Assembly: GCA_038206135.1 (NCBI GenBank)
Contig: JBBRBD010000002.1
Span: 66,896 to 130,895 of the forward strand
Origin: Patescibacteria group bacterium
GTDB taxonomy: Bacteria > Patescibacteriota > Microgenomatia > UBA8517
Length of the DNA stretch: 64,000 nt
Direction of reading: 5' to 3'
Below are positions 39,458 to 50,818 of this stretch, one piece after another. Made by a program: the position numbers and the translations under genes. The notes under the pieces are model-generated. The model was given only the letters and a program-made list of their open reading frames with translations, was not told the origin of the DNA and did no database searches. How positions within the stretch are numbered: position 1 is the first letter of the stretch; each line of letters starts with the position of its first letter.

Positions 39458-40108
39458 TCAGTTTGTAAATTTGAGGGTTGTGAGAATGTGATCCATTTCA
39501 ACTATTAAATTAGTGTCATAATTTTTCGGAAATTTGTATGTTATTTGAGGCAAACTCACGAATTCACCTGAACTGTTTTTCATATAGATGCTCCAATTGT
39601 TAATCAGAATATCATCAATAATAAATGGCTTTAAACTCCTCCTGAATACAGAAGTGTCTGATTTAAATTCAACAAATTCACCTGGGCAGTCGTGATTGAT
39701 TTTGAGACCTTTCCCAAATTGGGCATTATCAGAGAAAATACAGAATGCTGGTTCAATTGTTTGTGGCCAGGTAATTGAGATAGCATAATCACTATTGTTC
39801 ATAGATAGTTCTATCTTTTTCATGTTGTTGCTATCAGCGTATATCGTATCTATTTGCCAATCGTGTGGATACTGAATTTCATATCCTGGGTTTGTATGTT
39901 TAAATGTTTTCCAGTCTGAAACAGATGGAGGTACAGAAGTCGTTATTGGTTGCCACGGTTTTGGGTTTGAGCTTTTTTTAAAATACGTTGTATTAACAAA
40001 GTAAAATAATACAGCGACAACACTGATTGTGAGTAAAACAACTATTGGAGTAAACCCTTTAGACTTCATATCTAACAACAGTTTTGCAATTCTGAAAATA
40101 CAAAACAA
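39458..40108 (-). CDS. Hypothetical membrane-anchored protein
   Basis: 216 aa with N-terminal TM (PIVVLLTISVVAVLFYF). Confidence 0.5.
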   Translation of the reverse strand: MFCIFRIAKLLLDMKSKGFTPIVVLLTISVVAVLFYFVNTTYFKKSSNPKPWQPITTSVPPSVSDWKTFKHTNPGYEIQYPHDWQIDTIYADSNNMKKIELSMNNSDYAISITWPQTIEPAFCIFSDNAQFGKGLKINHDCPGEFVEFKSDTSVFRRSLKPFIIDDILINNWSIYMKNSSGEFVSLPQITYKFPKNYDTNLIVEMDHILTTLKFTN

Positions 40109-40909
40109 GTGGCATTATGTTACTCTGAAGATATGAACCAAGAGTACCGAGTAGTAGAGCGTTTTTTGAGAAATGGGCATGGACTATTGTTCGCGTATGA
40201 TCATGGATTTGAATATGGTCCCGGACATTTTGACGAGAGGAGTGTGGAACCTACATTTGCTCTTGAACTTGCAGAATCAGGAGGATTTACCGGCTTTATT
40301 TGCCAAAAAGGAATAGCAGCTAGATATTACGATCCGTTTGTGCACCGTATTCCACTTATTGTGAAACTCAACGGAAGAACTTCATTCCGCCCTGACCGAG
40401 AACCGAAGTCTATTCAAAATTGTTCCGTAGATGAGGCTATTTCATTTGGCGCGGTCGGAGTTGGGTATGTTATTCATGTTGGTTCGCTTTATGAAGCAGA
40501 AATGATTGCAGAATTTGGCAGAATTGAACGAGAAGCACATGAGAAAGGATTGGCGGTTTTTGTATGGATGTATATTACGGGGGATGATATCTTGCAGCCC
40601 GAAAGTTCAGATGTTGTTGCTTATGCTGCTCGTGTTGGAATGGAACTAAATGCAGACGGAATAATCGTGAAATATACCGGGGATGAGGGAAGCTTTAGAT
40701 GGGTCGTAAAAAATGCAGGACGTGCCAAGGTGTTTGTAGTTGGAGGGCCACGAATGGACACACCGTACCAATTGTCTGATACCGCTAAAGTAATCGTAAG
40801 AACTGGGGCGGCTGGTTTTGCAATTGGAAGAAATGTATGGCAAGCAAAAGATCCGATTTCAGTTGTCCATCAGATTTCGAAAGAACTATTTGAAGAACTT
40901 CACAATTGA
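40109..40909 (+). CDS. Class I aldolase of the DhnA / archaeal FbaB family (fructose-bisphosphate aldolase or ADH synthase)
   Basis: [14 protein letters not shown], Schiff-base Lys region IVKYTG (in ...[14 protein letters not shown]), GGPR. Start is 40109 or the internal Met at 40133. Confidence 0.7.
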   Translation: MALCYSEDMNQEYRVVERFLRNGHGLLFAYDHGFEYGPGHFDERSVEPTFALELAESGGFTGFICQKGIAARYYDPFVHRIPLIVKLNGRTSFRPDREPKSIQNCSVDEAISFGAVGVGYVIHVGSLYEAEMIAEFGRIEREAHEKGLAVFVWMYITGDDILQPESSDVVAYAARVGMELNADGIIVKYTGDEGSFRWVVKNAGRAKVFVVGGPRMDTPYQLSDTAKVIVRTGAAGFAIGRNVWQAKDPISVVHQISKELFEELHN

Positions 40910-40950
40910 CAATTGTGCTGTTTGCGAATATAAAGACACAGTATTCTTTA

Positions 40951-43900
40951 ATGTATAAAACAAAGAAACTAGTTGCATTTGTAATAACAGTACTTCTTCT
41001 TGGAGCCGTATCTCTCACCTCTCTGAACAAAATCCCTCTCGCATCTGCTCAATCTGGTGTTATAACCTTTGATGATGCAAGCGGGCAAAATACAAATTTA
41101 AATGGTCAATACCCAGCAGGACTTGCTGATTGGGGATCGGGAAAATGGTTCCTTTCAGGACCTTGGGGTGCGTTTACCACCAAAAGCATTTCATTTGATT
41201 CAAGCTCTTCAGTCTCAGAGGTGGTAACTTTTTTAAATCCACAAACCATAACAAGCGTTGATGTTTTCAACGGGGGAACAACAGCTTCTACAGTTACCTT
41301 AGCCTGTGGAACAAATACAACGAAATCTCAGGTTTTAGCAGCAAACCAAAACGCTACAATTATGACCGCATGGACCTCGGCTTGTAGTACTCTCACCCTG
41401 GGATCGTCAAGTGGTTGGTGGGTCAATTTTGATAATCTTTCTTACTCAGATGTGGCAACAACCGCAACTCCGACCCCGACCGTAACACCAACTCCAACCG
41501 CAACTCCGACCCCGACCGTAACACCTACTCCAACTGTAACACCAACTCCTACAGTTACACCGACTCCAACGCCAACAACTGGCATTCTTTTCATGACACA
41601 TAACATTGTGACCGATCAGAGTGGACATATACTTCCTTGGTATTCACAAAACTTGGGAACTTCATACGATCATATAATTTCTCTTGTGTGGAATTTTTGG
41701 AAGAACATGCCAAACGAAGGAAATGGAATCCCACAGTATTTGCAGTACCGAATGTACAACAATGCTTCTGCAATCGGGGGAGATCAGTTGGCGATGGCGC
41801 TTTCGTCGTGGCGTCTGTTATATCAGTATTCCGGAGATCAATCTGTTGTAGACAATATGAAGTATATTGCAGATTTTTACCTTGATCATGGACTTTCAAG
41901 CCCCTCGTCACAGTGGCCAAATGTACCTTTCCCTGCAAATGCGGATGGACAAAATACAGTAACCCCAACTTTTTTTGATAGAGATTTAATTGGAGGTGTT
42001 GGAATCACACAACCCGACAAAGCAGGTTCTTTTGCTCTTGAACTTACCGAACTATATAAAATGACTGGTACACAAAAGTATCTTACTGCTGCGGTGAATA
42101 TTGCAAATACACTTTCAAGTAAAGTGGTTGTAGGGGACGCTAATAATTCTCCGCTTCCTTTCAGAGTAAACGTAAATACAGGTGCAATTACAGACGCATA
42201 TACGACAAATTGGACGGGAACACTGCAGCTTTTTGATAATTTAATTGCATTGAATCAAGGGAACACCTCAAGCTATCAGTCTGCGAGGAATACAATTGCA
42301 ACTTGGCTTAAAGTATATCCAATCGCAAACAATAACTGGGGTCCGTTCTTTGAAGATATTGGTTATACCTCAAATACTGAAATAAACGCTGACACTATGG
42401 CAATGTATATTCTCGAGCACCCAAGCTTCGACGCCAATTGGCAAACAATGTCAAGAAATATTTTGAACTTTACGGAGACTCAATTTGGTGATGCGAATTG
42501 GAATGGAATCCCTTGGTTGTCACAGTATGGAGTTTTGCCAATTGATGAACAAACCGCATATGCAGTGGCCGGAAATAGTCATACCTCACGGCATGGTTCG
42601 GTAGAACTTTTGTATGCAATGAAAACAGGCGATGCTTCGAAAAAAGCGGGTGCCATTAGAGAACTTAATTGGGCAACCTATATGGTTGATGTGACTGGAG
42701 CAAATCAATATCCGACAAATACGGTTTGGTTGACAGACGGTTATGGAGATTATGTTCGGCATTATTTGCGTTCAATGGGAGCAGCACCAGAGCTTTCTCC
42801 AACTGGTCAAAATCATTTACTTCGATCAATTTCTGTCATAAAAACTATTAGCTATGCCACAAATATTATCGATTATACGACCTTTGACCCTTCAAGCACT
42901 GAAACAATAAAGCTTGCATTTACTCCAGTGTCTGTAACAGCAAATGGAGTTATACTTTCGCAAAGACAAGATTTAAACAATGAAGGTTGGACCTATGACT
43001 CAGTTAATAACGTCTTAATAGTTCGACATGACTCGGCTCAACATATTATTGTAAGTAGCACTGCTCCATCTCCAACCCCGACCCCGACGCCAACGCCAAC
43101 AACAACACCAACAGGGACTCCTGTTGCAGGTATACATTTGGCTGTTATGAGTGATAGCTCATCTGATGAATATAGAGCAAACGACAATAGAGCCTATGGT
43201 CTATATGCTCCAACGACATTAGCATGGACAGAACTTCTAGCAGAGAAACGTAGTCTTGATCTTGGAGTGTGGGGAACTCGGTCTGAACCTCGGAGAAGCG
43301 GATATGAATACAACTGGGCACGAACTGGTGCGGAAGCAGCAGATGTTGTGAATTCTCAAGATGTTGGTATTGCAAGTCAAGTACAAAGCGGTCTTGTTAA
43401 CGTTGTATATTTCCAAATTGGGAATAACGACTTTGCATATTATCGCCAGGGTGCTGATATATACAACGGAGTGATAGCCGGTTCTGCTCTTACAAATAAA
43501 TTAAACACTTTTGTGTCGAATGTAACACAAGCTCTTGACACAGTACTTGCTTCAAATTCTTCTGTTCGAGTCGTTTTTGGAAATGTTGCTGATCCGGGAC
43601 AGTCTCCTTATTGGCAATCTCAGTTCCCAGATAGTGTAAAACGACAAAAACTAACTGATGCAATTAATACTGTGGATCAACAATTGGAAGTTATAGTTGC
43701 AGCACGCCCTCGAGTAACATTGTTTAATCAACAAATATTTGCACAATCAATTATCAGCAGAGTAGATAACTCTGGAAATCTAGTGGTTGGCGGTCAAAAT
43801 ATTTCAATTGTCGTGAATGGAGATGAACCCCATCACGTGACGATCGGTGATAACATTCATGCTGGAACAGTTGCTGAAGGACTTTTTGCAAATGCAGTAA

Positions 43901-44583
43901 TAGAAAAAATCAATACTGCAATTGGAAGTGCAATCCCGTTGTTCACAGATGCTGAAATTCTTGTAAATGCAGGTATTGTTCCTGCAACGTCAACTCCGAC
44001 ACCATCACCAACAGCTACTCCAAGCCCTACACCTACAGCGTCACCAACTCCTACTCCAAGTCCAACACCTACAGCGTCACCAACTCCTACTCCAAGTCCG
44101 ACTGTCAATCCAACACAGACACCTACTGCGAGTCCAACACCTACAGTGACACCATCTCCAACTCCGACTCCGACAAGCACCCCAATAACTTCAACTATTA
44201 CATTTAACGATCTTTCAAATCCAAATAGAGCACTAAATGGACAATACCCAACAAATGTAATCAACTGGGGAACAAATCAATGGTTCCTTTCAGGACCTTG
44301 GGGAACCTTTAATACAAACAGTGTTTCATTTAACACTGCTGTAACATCAAAGACATTCGCATTTGTAACACCTAAAGTTTTGACGAGTGTAGACGTTTAC
44401 AATGGAGGAACGGGTTCTTCAACAATAACTCTTTCGTGCACAGGAAATACAACGAAGACACAAACAGTTTCTGCATCTCAGATGGTAACTATTTCAACTG
44501 GTTGGGGAACAGCGTGTACGACAGTGACTGTTGGATCTTCAAACAATTGGTGGTCAAATTTTGACAACTTCAAATATCGCTAA
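40951..44583 (+). CDS. Large secreted modular enzyme: duplicated ~135-aa terminal domains, PT linkers, a central (alpha/alpha)-barrel-like hydrolase region and an SGNH esterase domain
   Basis: Start trimmed to [21 protein letters not shown] (signal/TM). The N-terminal domain (nt 41047-41460) and C-terminal domain (44173-44583) share NGQYP...W...WFLSGPWG...VDV.NGGT...T..C..NTTK...WW.NFDN. SGNH blocks: [25 protein letters not shown]. Three TPTP/SPTP linkers. Confidence 0.7.
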   Translation: MYKTKKLVAFVITVLLLGAVSLTSLNKIPLASAQSGVITFDDASGQNTNLNGQYPAGLADWGSGKWFLSGPWGAFTTKSISFDSSSSVSEVVTFLNPQTITSVDVFNGGTTASTVTLACGTNTTKSQVLAANQNATIMTAWTSACSTLTLGSSSGWWVNFDNLSYSDVATTATPTPTVTPTPTATPTPTVTPTPTVTPTPTVTPTPTPTTGILFMTHNIVTDQSGHILPWYSQNLGTSYDHIISLVWNFWKNMPNEGNGIPQYLQYRMYNNASAIGGDQLAMALSSWRLLYQYSGDQSVVDNMKYIADFYLDHGLSSPSSQWPNVPFPANADGQNTVTPTFFDRDLIGGVGITQPDKAGSFALELTELYKMTGTQKYLTAAVNIANTLSSKVVVGDANNSPLPFRVNVNTGAITDAYTTNWTGTLQLFDNLIALNQGNTSSYQSARNTIATWLKVYPIANNNWGPFFEDIGYTSNTEINADTMAMYILEHPSFDANWQTMSRNILNFTETQFGDANWNGIPWLSQYGVLPIDEQTAYAVAGNSHTSRHGSVELLYAMKTGDASKKAGAIRELNWATYMVDVTGANQYPTNTVWLTDGYGDYVRHYLRSMGAAPELSPTGQNHLLRSISVIKTISYATNIIDYTTFDPSSTETIKLAFTPVSVTANGVILSQRQDLNNEGWTYDSVNNVLIVRHDSAQHIIVSSTAPSPTPTPTPTPTTTPTGTPVAGIHLAVMSDSSSDEYRANDNRAYGLYAPTTLAWTELLAEKRSLDLGVWGTRSEPRRSGYEYNWARTGAEAADVVNSQDVGIASQVQSGLVNVVYFQIGNNDFAYYRQGADIYNGVIAGSALTNKLNTFVSNVTQALDTVLASNSSVRVVFGNVADPGQSPYWQSQFPDSVKRQKLTDAINTVDQQLEVIVAARPRVTLFNQQIFAQSIISRVDNSGNLVVGGQNISIVVNGDEPHHVTIGDNIHAGTVAEGLFANAVIEKINTAIGSAIPLFTDAEILVNAGIVPATSTPTPSPTATPSPTPTASPTPTPSPTPTASPTPTPSPTVNPTQTPTASPTPTVTPSPTPTPTSTPITSTITFNDLSNPNRALNGQYPTNVINWGTNQWFLSGPWGTFNTNSVSFNTAVTSKTFAFVTPKVLTSVDVYNGGTGSSTITLSCTGNTTKTQTVSASQMVTISTGWGTACTTVTVGSSNNWWSNFDNFKYR
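44031..44102 (+). repeat. 36-bp tandem repeat (2 copies) inside PT linker 3
   Basis: acctacagcgtcaccaactcctactccaagtcc[a/g]ac repeated at 44031 and 44067. Encodes [12 protein letters not shown] twice. Confidence 0.8.
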
Positions 44584-44622
44584 TTTTTTTCCTAGAACGG
44601 CCCTGCACGTTTTCTCCCATTC

Positions 44623-45645
44623 GTGTTACATTTAACTGTGGAAGAGTTATATAAAATTGCACAACAACTTGTCGAAGGTAAGCGTGGGATTTTGGCAGCA
44701 GATGAAAGTGAAGGAACGATCAAAAAACGTTTCGATGGAATTTCATTAGAATCAACAGACGAAACCCGCAGACAATATCGTGAACTTCTTTTTACAACCC
44801 CAGGCATCGAAGAATTTATAAGTGGAGTTATTTTATTTGATGAAACGATTCAGCAGAGATCTCACTCGGGGATTCCATTTCCAGAAATCCTTTCACAGCG
44901 AGGGATACTTCCGGGTATTAAAGTAGATAGAGGAACTGTAGAGCTCACAAATTTTCCTAATGAGAAAACAACAGAAGGACTTGACGGCCTTGCTCAGCGA
45001 TTATCTGAATACAAAACTCTTGGTGCAAAGTTTGCGAAATGGAGAGCGGTCATCACAATTGGCGATGGATTTCCAACGTTAGCGGCAATAGATGGAAATG
45101 CATATTTGCTTGCGCGTTATGCTGCTATTTGCCAACAAACGGGAATTGTGCCAATTGTTGAACCCGAAGTCCTAATGGATGGAAATCACACAATCGAAAA
45201 ATGTCGGGAAGTAACATATACAACTCTAAAGAGTGTGTTTAATCAGTTGAGCGTGCAAAAGGTAGACTTTAAAGGAATGCTTTTAAAACCAAACATGATA
45301 GTTGCGGGAAGTGAATCTGAAAAAGCGAGTCCATCACAAGTTGCAGAGATAACAACAAAGGTATTTGCAGAGGTACTACCTGATGAACTTCCCGGAGTTG
45401 TGTTCTTGTCTGGTGGCCAAAGCCCCGAAGATTCTACATTAAATATGAATGAAGTAAATAAATATGCCCAAATGAAATGGCGTGTTACTTTTTCTTTCGG
45501 ACGTGCGCTGCAAGACCCTGTTCTTAAAGCATGGAGTGGTAAGAATGAAAATGTTGAAGAGGCACAGAAAGCATTTCTAAAACGTGCTCGTTTAAATAGT
45601 CTCGCAAGTGTTGGACAATACAATCTTGAGCAAGAAAAATCATGA
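44623..45645 (+). CDS. Class I fructose-bisphosphate aldolase (eukaryotic/FbaA-type, PF00274-like)
   Basis: GKRGILAADES, IKVDRG, LLKPNM, VVFLSGGQS. GTG start. The stop overlaps the next start (ATGA). Confidence 0.8.
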   Translation: MLHLTVEELYKIAQQLVEGKRGILAADESEGTIKKRFDGISLESTDETRRQYRELLFTTPGIEEFISGVILFDETIQQRSHSGIPFPEILSQRGILPGIKVDRGTVELTNFPNEKTTEGLDGLAQRLSEYKTLGAKFAKWRAVITIGDGFPTLAAIDGNAYLLARYAAICQQTGIVPIVEPEVLMDGNHTIEKCREVTYTTLKSVFNQLSVQKVDFKGMLLKPNMIVAGSESEKASPSQVAEITTKVFAEVLPDELPGVVFLSGGQSPEDSTLNMNEVNKYAQMKWRVTFSFGRALQDPVLKAWSGKNENVEEAQKAFLKRARLNSLASVGQYNLEQEKS

Positions 45646-46637
45646 ACGCAACTGTCGACCTGATCACCATTGGTGACGTAAGTTTGGACTGCTTTATTAC
45701 TCCGAGTGAGTCTGAAACTCTTTGTAGTTTAAACGAAAAAGAGTGTATGGTTTGTTTTAAATATGGTGACAAAATTCCAGTAAATTCGCTTGATTTTTCT
45801 GTTGGAGGAAATGCCGCAAACAATGCAGTAGGAGCAAAAAGATTAGGATTACAAGTCGCAATGGTGTCCACTCTCGGGGACGACATTGTTGCTGATCAGA
45901 TAAAAGAGTCACTCCAAAAAGAATCATTAATTATGTCCTATATCCACACCGCGACTGGTTTGAGTTCAAATTACTCAACAATTATAAATTATGCAGAAGA
46001 AAGAACAATCTTTAGTTTTCATGCACCAAAGCCATATGTGTTTCCGGTGAATTTACCTCAGGCGAAATGGTTATATCTCACGTCGTTGGGAGATGGTTGG
46101 GAAGAAGTATTCAAAAAAACTATCGAATGGCTTCATAAACACCCAGATGTAAAGCTGGCTTTTAATCCGGGGAGCAAACAACTGCGTGCTCCACTTATTG
46201 AAATGAAGCCAATTCTTCAAAGAACTGATCTTCTATACGTAAATCGTGAAGAGGCAGAACATTTGAGCATGACCCGTGAATCAAAAGGCCACGAGCGAGA
46301 ATTACTGAGTGCAGTGCACGCAACAGGTCCAGGAATGGTTGTAGTAACCGATGGACCGAGTGGCGCATATGTGTTTAATGGACAATCATTTTTATATGCT
46401 CCAATTTATCCTCAAAAACCAATTTCAAGAACTGGTGCAGGGGATGCATTCGGATCAGGGTGCCTTAGTGCACTTATAAAAGGGAAAACACTCGAAGAAG
46501 CGCTTATGTGGGGGAGTTTGAACTCAGCATCTGTTATTGGTCACATCGGTGCACAAAATGGGTTACTTCACCTTGACGAAATACAGTCGTGGCTTCAACG
46601 AGCTTCAAACGAAGGCATTGAAGTGAAGAGTCTTTGA
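45642..46637 (+). CDS. PfkB/ribokinase-family sugar(-phosphate) kinase
   Basis: VGGNAANNAVGAKRLG, TGAGDAFGSGCL anion hole / DTxGAGD motif. Confidence 0.8.
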   Translation: MNATVDLITIGDVSLDCFITPSESETLCSLNEKECMVCFKYGDKIPVNSLDFSVGGNAANNAVGAKRLGLQVAMVSTLGDDIVADQIKESLQKESLIMSYIHTATGLSSNYSTIINYAEERTIFSFHAPKPYVFPVNLPQAKWLYLTSLGDGWEEVFKKTIEWLHKHPDVKLAFNPGSKQLRAPLIEMKPILQRTDLLYVNREEAEHLSMTRESKGHERELLSAVHATGPGMVVVTDGPSGAYVFNGQSFLYAPIYPQKPISRTGAGDAFGSGCLSALIKGKTLEEALMWGSLNSASVIGHIGAQNGLLHLDEIQSWLQRASNEGIEVKSL

Positions 46638-46678
46638 TCTGTGGTTTAACTTTCATGTTAAATCTTATATGATGAATT

Positions 46679-47665
46679 ATGAAGATTTTTGTATCACGAA
46701 AATTCCCCGGGACTGCACTTGATCGGCTTCAAAACTCAGGCCACGAAGTAGTGATTTCCGAATTTGATCGCCCACTTTCTGCAGAAGAACTTTTGGACAA
46801 AGCAAAAGGAGTTGACGCGTTGCTCTCATTTTTAACAGATAAAATTGATGGCGAAGTTTTAGATGCAATTGGTCCGCAACTTAAAGTGGTGAGTAATTAT
46901 GCAGTTGGATTTGATAACATCAACATTCCTGATGCTTCATCTCGAGGGATTGTCGTTTCAAACACTCCATGTGATGAAGTGAATGAAGCTGTTGCTGAAC
47001 ACACTTGGGCACTAATTCTAACCCTTGCTCGTCGAGTGACAGAAGCTGATGAGTCAACTAAACGGGGGGCATACCACGGATGGGAACCAGGCATATTTTT
47101 AGGTGCCAGTTTAAAAGGTAAAACACTCGGAGTAATAGGTCTTGGGAGAATTGGTGAAATGGTGGCACGACGTGCAAAGGGCTTTGAGATAACAGTTCTA
47201 TATAACAAACGCACACCTGACGCGAAGGCGGAAGAAGAGTTAGGAGTTAAGTTCGCTGACCTTGACACACTGCTTTCCCAAAGCGATTTTGTAAGTTTAC
47301 ACGCACCACTCACAGATGAAACGAGACATCTTATGAATGCAGATAGATTTTCAAAGATGAAACAAGGGAGTTATTTTGTAAATACTGCGCGCGGACCTAT
47401 GGTTGATGAATATGCACTTGTCGAAGCACTTAAGAATGGGAAACTAAGAGGAGCTGGTCTTGACGTTTTTGATGCTGAGCCCGACGTAAATCCTGAGCTT
47501 ATTGGAATGGAGAATGTAATATTGACTCCACACATTGCATCCGCAACATTTGAGGCGCGCGAGAAAATGGGAAATCTCGCCGTTGATGCAATACTTTCAA
47601 CACTTACTAACAATAAACCTGAGACAATCGTAAATGCTGATGTGTGGGATCATCATCGTGAATGA
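46679..47665 (+). CDS. D-isomer-specific 2-hydroxyacid dehydrogenase (glycerate/hydroxypyruvate reductase or PGDH-like)
   Basis: GVIGLGRIGEMVARRA NAD-binding motif, HIASAT. Confidence 0.8.
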   Translation: MKIFVSRKFPGTALDRLQNSGHEVVISEFDRPLSAEELLDKAKGVDALLSFLTDKIDGEVLDAIGPQLKVVSNYAVGFDNINIPDASSRGIVVSNTPCDEVNEAVAEHTWALILTLARRVTEADESTKRGAYHGWEPGIFLGASLKGKTLGVIGLGRIGEMVARRAKGFEITVLYNKRTPDAKAEEELGVKFADLDTLLSQSDFVSLHAPLTDETRHLMNADRFSKMKQGSYFVNTARGPMVDEYALVEALKNGKLRGAGLDVFDAEPDVNPELIGMENVILTPHIASATFEAREKMGNLAVDAILSTLTNNKPETIVNADVWDHHRE

Positions 47666-47684
47666 TCTTCGCGTATAATAAGAT

Positions 47685-48710
47685 ATGTTCAGGAGAAGAC
47701 GAAATCAAAATGCTGATTCTTCTGATTTTGGTGATTCAAAAATAAAACTTCATAAACAAGATTTTGGGAAAAAGGAGAAAAAAGGTTGGGGAAAACGCGA
47801 ACGATTATTTGTGTTTTCAATACTCATTTTTACATCCATTGGAGCTTTTGTTTTAGCATTCATCTCAAGACAGGGAAAACTCCCCGGTCTCCCTCGAATT
47901 ACATCTGAAACAGTTGGTTTATCAGATACTGTTATTTTGACGAAAACTCAAATTCCGGTTAATATTCAAAAAAGAGACGACGAAACACTTAAAAAGTTTT
48001 CAGACACCGTTTCTTCTTTGTCTGGAATTTATGCCTTCACGGTTGTAGATCTTCAATCAGGGGACATTTATGGATTAAATGAATTTGAGACGATGCAAGC
48101 AGCTTCTCTAATTAAACTGCCAGTCATGGCATTTCTTTTAAAAACAGCGGATGAGGGAAAAATTAATCTAGATTCTTCATATATACTCAAAAACTCAGAT
48201 AAAACTGCGGGATCTGGCAGTTTAGCGGGAAGCCCTGAAGGAACAATAGTCACATACAGGCGTCTTTTGCAATATATGGGGCACGAGTCAGATAACACTG
48301 CTTTTAAGATTATCGAGAATTACTTCGGTGATGACTCAATAAATGAATTTATTCAGAGTATTGGAATGAAAAAAACTGATATTACGACTAACATGACCAG
48401 TCCATCTGACATAGCATTGTTACTCCAAAAAATTTACGAGGGAAGACTGCTTACTACAAAATCTAAAGACTTTTTATTTGAAGTGCTTACAAAAACTATT
48501 TACGAAGATTATTTGCCTAAAGGGGTTCCAAGTGACATCCGTGTTTCTCATAAATTTGGAGCAGAAGTGCATGTACTAAATGATGCTGGAATTGTATTTG
48601 CGAAAAATCCATATGTTGTTGTTTTTATGACCGGTGGAATTGTAGAAAAAGAAACTCAGCAAATATTACCTACGCTTTCCAGAATTATCTATGAAGGGCA
48701 AACTCAGTGA
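47685..48710 (+). CDS. Class-A beta-lactamase-like serine hydrolase (PBP-related), membrane-anchored
   Basis: N-terminal TM, SxxK (ASLIKL), SDN (ESDNTA), KxG (HKFGAE). Confidence 0.65.
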   Translation: MFRRRRNQNADSSDFGDSKIKLHKQDFGKKEKKGWGKRERLFVFSILIFTSIGAFVLAFISRQGKLPGLPRITSETVGLSDTVILTKTQIPVNIQKRDDETLKKFSDTVSSLSGIYAFTVVDLQSGDIYGLNEFETMQAASLIKLPVMAFLLKTADEGKINLDSSYILKNSDKTAGSGSLAGSPEGTIVTYRRLLQYMGHESDNTAFKIIENYFGDDSINEFIQSIGMKKTDITTNMTSPSDIALLLQKIYEGRLLTTKSKDFLFEVLTKTIYEDYLPKGVPSDIRVSHKFGAEVHVLNDAGIVFAKNPYVVVFMTGGIVEKETQQILPTLSRIIYEGQTQ

Positions 48711-50818
48711 ACTGCAGCGACTTGACTTTGAATATTTAAAACGCAATTAGTATTAGGTTCAGTACCCTTAACAAACCACTCGCTTTTTCCGTTACACATT
48801 TTTGTAAAAACCAGGTCTCCGGGGACAGGCCAGGGAACTGAAGGGATATCTTTCAAAAGCGCAATCATTACGTCTTGCCAAATTGGACTTGCTCCCGTTA
48901 TCCCAGAGGCTACGCGACTCATAGATGAACCATCGTTATTTCCAACCCAAACCGCAACCAAGTAGTCTTGATTAAATCCAATTGTTAGGTTGTCTCTTAA
49001 ATTATTGCTGGTACCAGTTTTTACTGCAACTTCAGGGTGTAGTGGTATGGTAAGCGCTGAATGTAACCCAAATTCAGGAGCTCGAGCATTGTTGTCAGAC
49101 AAAATGTTTATCATTTGGAATGCGACTTCAGGAGAAAGTACTTGCGCGCTTGTACATACGCCACCAATGCAATTTGGTAAAACATCAGAATGCATATCAT
49201 GAATTGTAAGAAAGGCTGTAAATGGGATTCTTTTTCCATAGTTGGCAATTGTTGAATATACATGTGCTAAATCCATAAGTGTTACCTCACCACCGCCAAG
49301 GGTGAGAGATAGTCCAAATCGGGAAGAATCATCCCACGAGGTGATTCCCATTGCTTTCCCTTCTTCAATCATTTTGCTAACCCCGTAGCTTGCAAGAACT
49401 TTCACGGCCGGTATATTTCTTGATTGGGCGAGTGCGTCTCGTAAGCTAACTTTGCCAACAAACCTGCCATCGTAATTTACAGGCCTATATGATGGTCCAC
49501 CTTGAACTTGAAATACTGTCGGAGTGTCATCAATAATACTTGCGGGCGTATACCCATGAGAAAGTGCATATGCATAATTGACTACTTTAATTGAACTCCC
49601 GGGTTGCCTTAGGGCAAGCGTTGTGTTCACATTCCCATCATTTTTCAAGTCGTTATAGTTTTTTGATCCAACCATTGCCAGAACTTGTCCTGTCTTTACA
49701 GAAATTACCAGTACTCCCGCATTTGTAACATGGAGGTTTGCTATTTTCTTCAATTCTTTAGTTACTGAACCTTCAGCAAGTTTTTGAATCATTGGATCGA
49801 TCGTTGTATATGCACTGTAACCTGCAGTCCCCACATTCTGTCCAAATTGTTTTTGTAGCAAGTTACCTGTGTACATGACAAAGTGAGGGCCAACGGTAAA
49901 CAAGTTGTCTTGTTGAAAGGTGAGCTTCTCATTTTTTGCTTTCGTGTATTCGGCCTCAGTAATAAACTTTTGTTCTAACATTTTATCGAGTACTGCATTT
50001 TTTGAGTCTATGGCAGATTGAGGTTCAGTGTAATTTGTTGAAGGGTTTTGCGGACGAGAGGCGAGAAATGCCGATTGTGCAATACTGAGCTTATCAGCAC
50101 TTTTCCCAAAATATGCATGTGAGGCCTCTTCTATTCCGTATGAAGTTCCACCATATGCAACTCTATTTAAATACATTTCAAGTATTTCATCTTTTGAGAA
50201 ATGCCTCTCCACTTGGAGTGCCAATATCATTTCCCTTATCTTCCGATTAACTGTTCTCTCTGGAGAAAGATACACATTTTTAACAAGTTGCTGAGTTATT
50301 GTTGAGGCACCGGTAATCGTACCTGTTTTTATCCAATCAATTGCAACTCTCGTAAGTGCCGAGAAGGATATTCCAATATGTGAATAAAAATTTTTGTCTT
50401 CTTTCGCAATCGTTGCGAGGCGAACGGTTAATGGAATGTCTGCAAGTGAAACAGGTGTTCGATTTACATCGTCATAAAATTTGTACAAAATTGTTCCATT
50501 CCTGTCATATAGTTTTGTTGAAGCATAATTTTTGTATGTTGGGAGCGATGAAACATCGGGTAATGTATTAAATAAGTCTGAAGCTGTCTTGTAAAATAAA
50601 CCAATGCCTACAATTGCAATGAAAAGTGGGACTCCCAAAAGTACTGCTTTGTTTACTTGAATGAATCTAATTGAAGGGATAATTCGTTTAATTAAACTAC
50701 TCAAAAATAGAATAAAAATAAGTAGATAAGAGATAAATGTATAGAACGGTTTACCTAAAAAAATAAGAAAAGTTTGAAGCAGGGAAATTTTCTTTAAGGA
50801 GTGTGTCTTCCTTGTCAT
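48704..50818 (-). CDS. PBP1A-family bifunctional penicillin-binding protein (glycosyltransferase + transpeptidase)
   Basis: GT51 EDKNFYSHIGIS. TP motifs SSIK, SRN, KTGTS. Confidence 0.9.
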   Translation of the reverse strand: MTRKTHSLKKISLLQTFLIFLGKPFYTFISYLLIFILFLSSLIKRIIPSIRFIQVNKAVLLGVPLFIAIVGIGLFYKTASDLFNTLPDVSSLPTYKNYASTKLYDRNGTILYKFYDDVNRTPVSLADIPLTVRLATIAKEDKNFYSHIGISFSALTRVAIDWIKTGTITGASTITQQLVKNVYLSPERTVNRKIREMILALQVERHFSKDEILEMYLNRVAYGGTSYGIEEASHAYFGKSADKLSIAQSAFLASRPQNPSTNYTEPQSAIDSKNAVLDKMLEQKFITEAEYTKAKNEKLTFQQDNLFTVGPHFVMYTGNLLQKQFGQNVGTAGYSAYTTIDPMIQKLAEGSVTKELKKIANLHVTNAGVLVISVKTGQVLAMVGSKNYNDLKNDGNVNTTLALRQPGSSIKVVNYAYALSHGYTPASIIDDTPTVFQVQGGPSYRPVNYDGRFVGKVSLRDALAQSRNIPAVKVLASYGVSKMIEEGKAMGITSWDDSSRFGLSLTLGGGEVTLMDLAHVYSTIANYGKRIPFTAFLTIHDMHSDVLPNCIGGVCTSAQVLSPEVAFQMINILSDNNARAPEFGLHSALTIPLHPEVAVKTGTSNNLRDNLTIGFNQDYLVAVWVGNNDGSSMSRVASGITGASPIWQDVMIALLKDIPSVPWPVPGDLVFTKMCNGKSEWFVKGTEPNTNCVLNIQSQVAAVH

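Noticed and set aside
43857-44264. 135-aa minus-strand ORF ([11 protein letters not shown] repeats)
   Set aside because: Antisense of the PT-linker repeat of the large modular enzyme. Low-complexity artefact.
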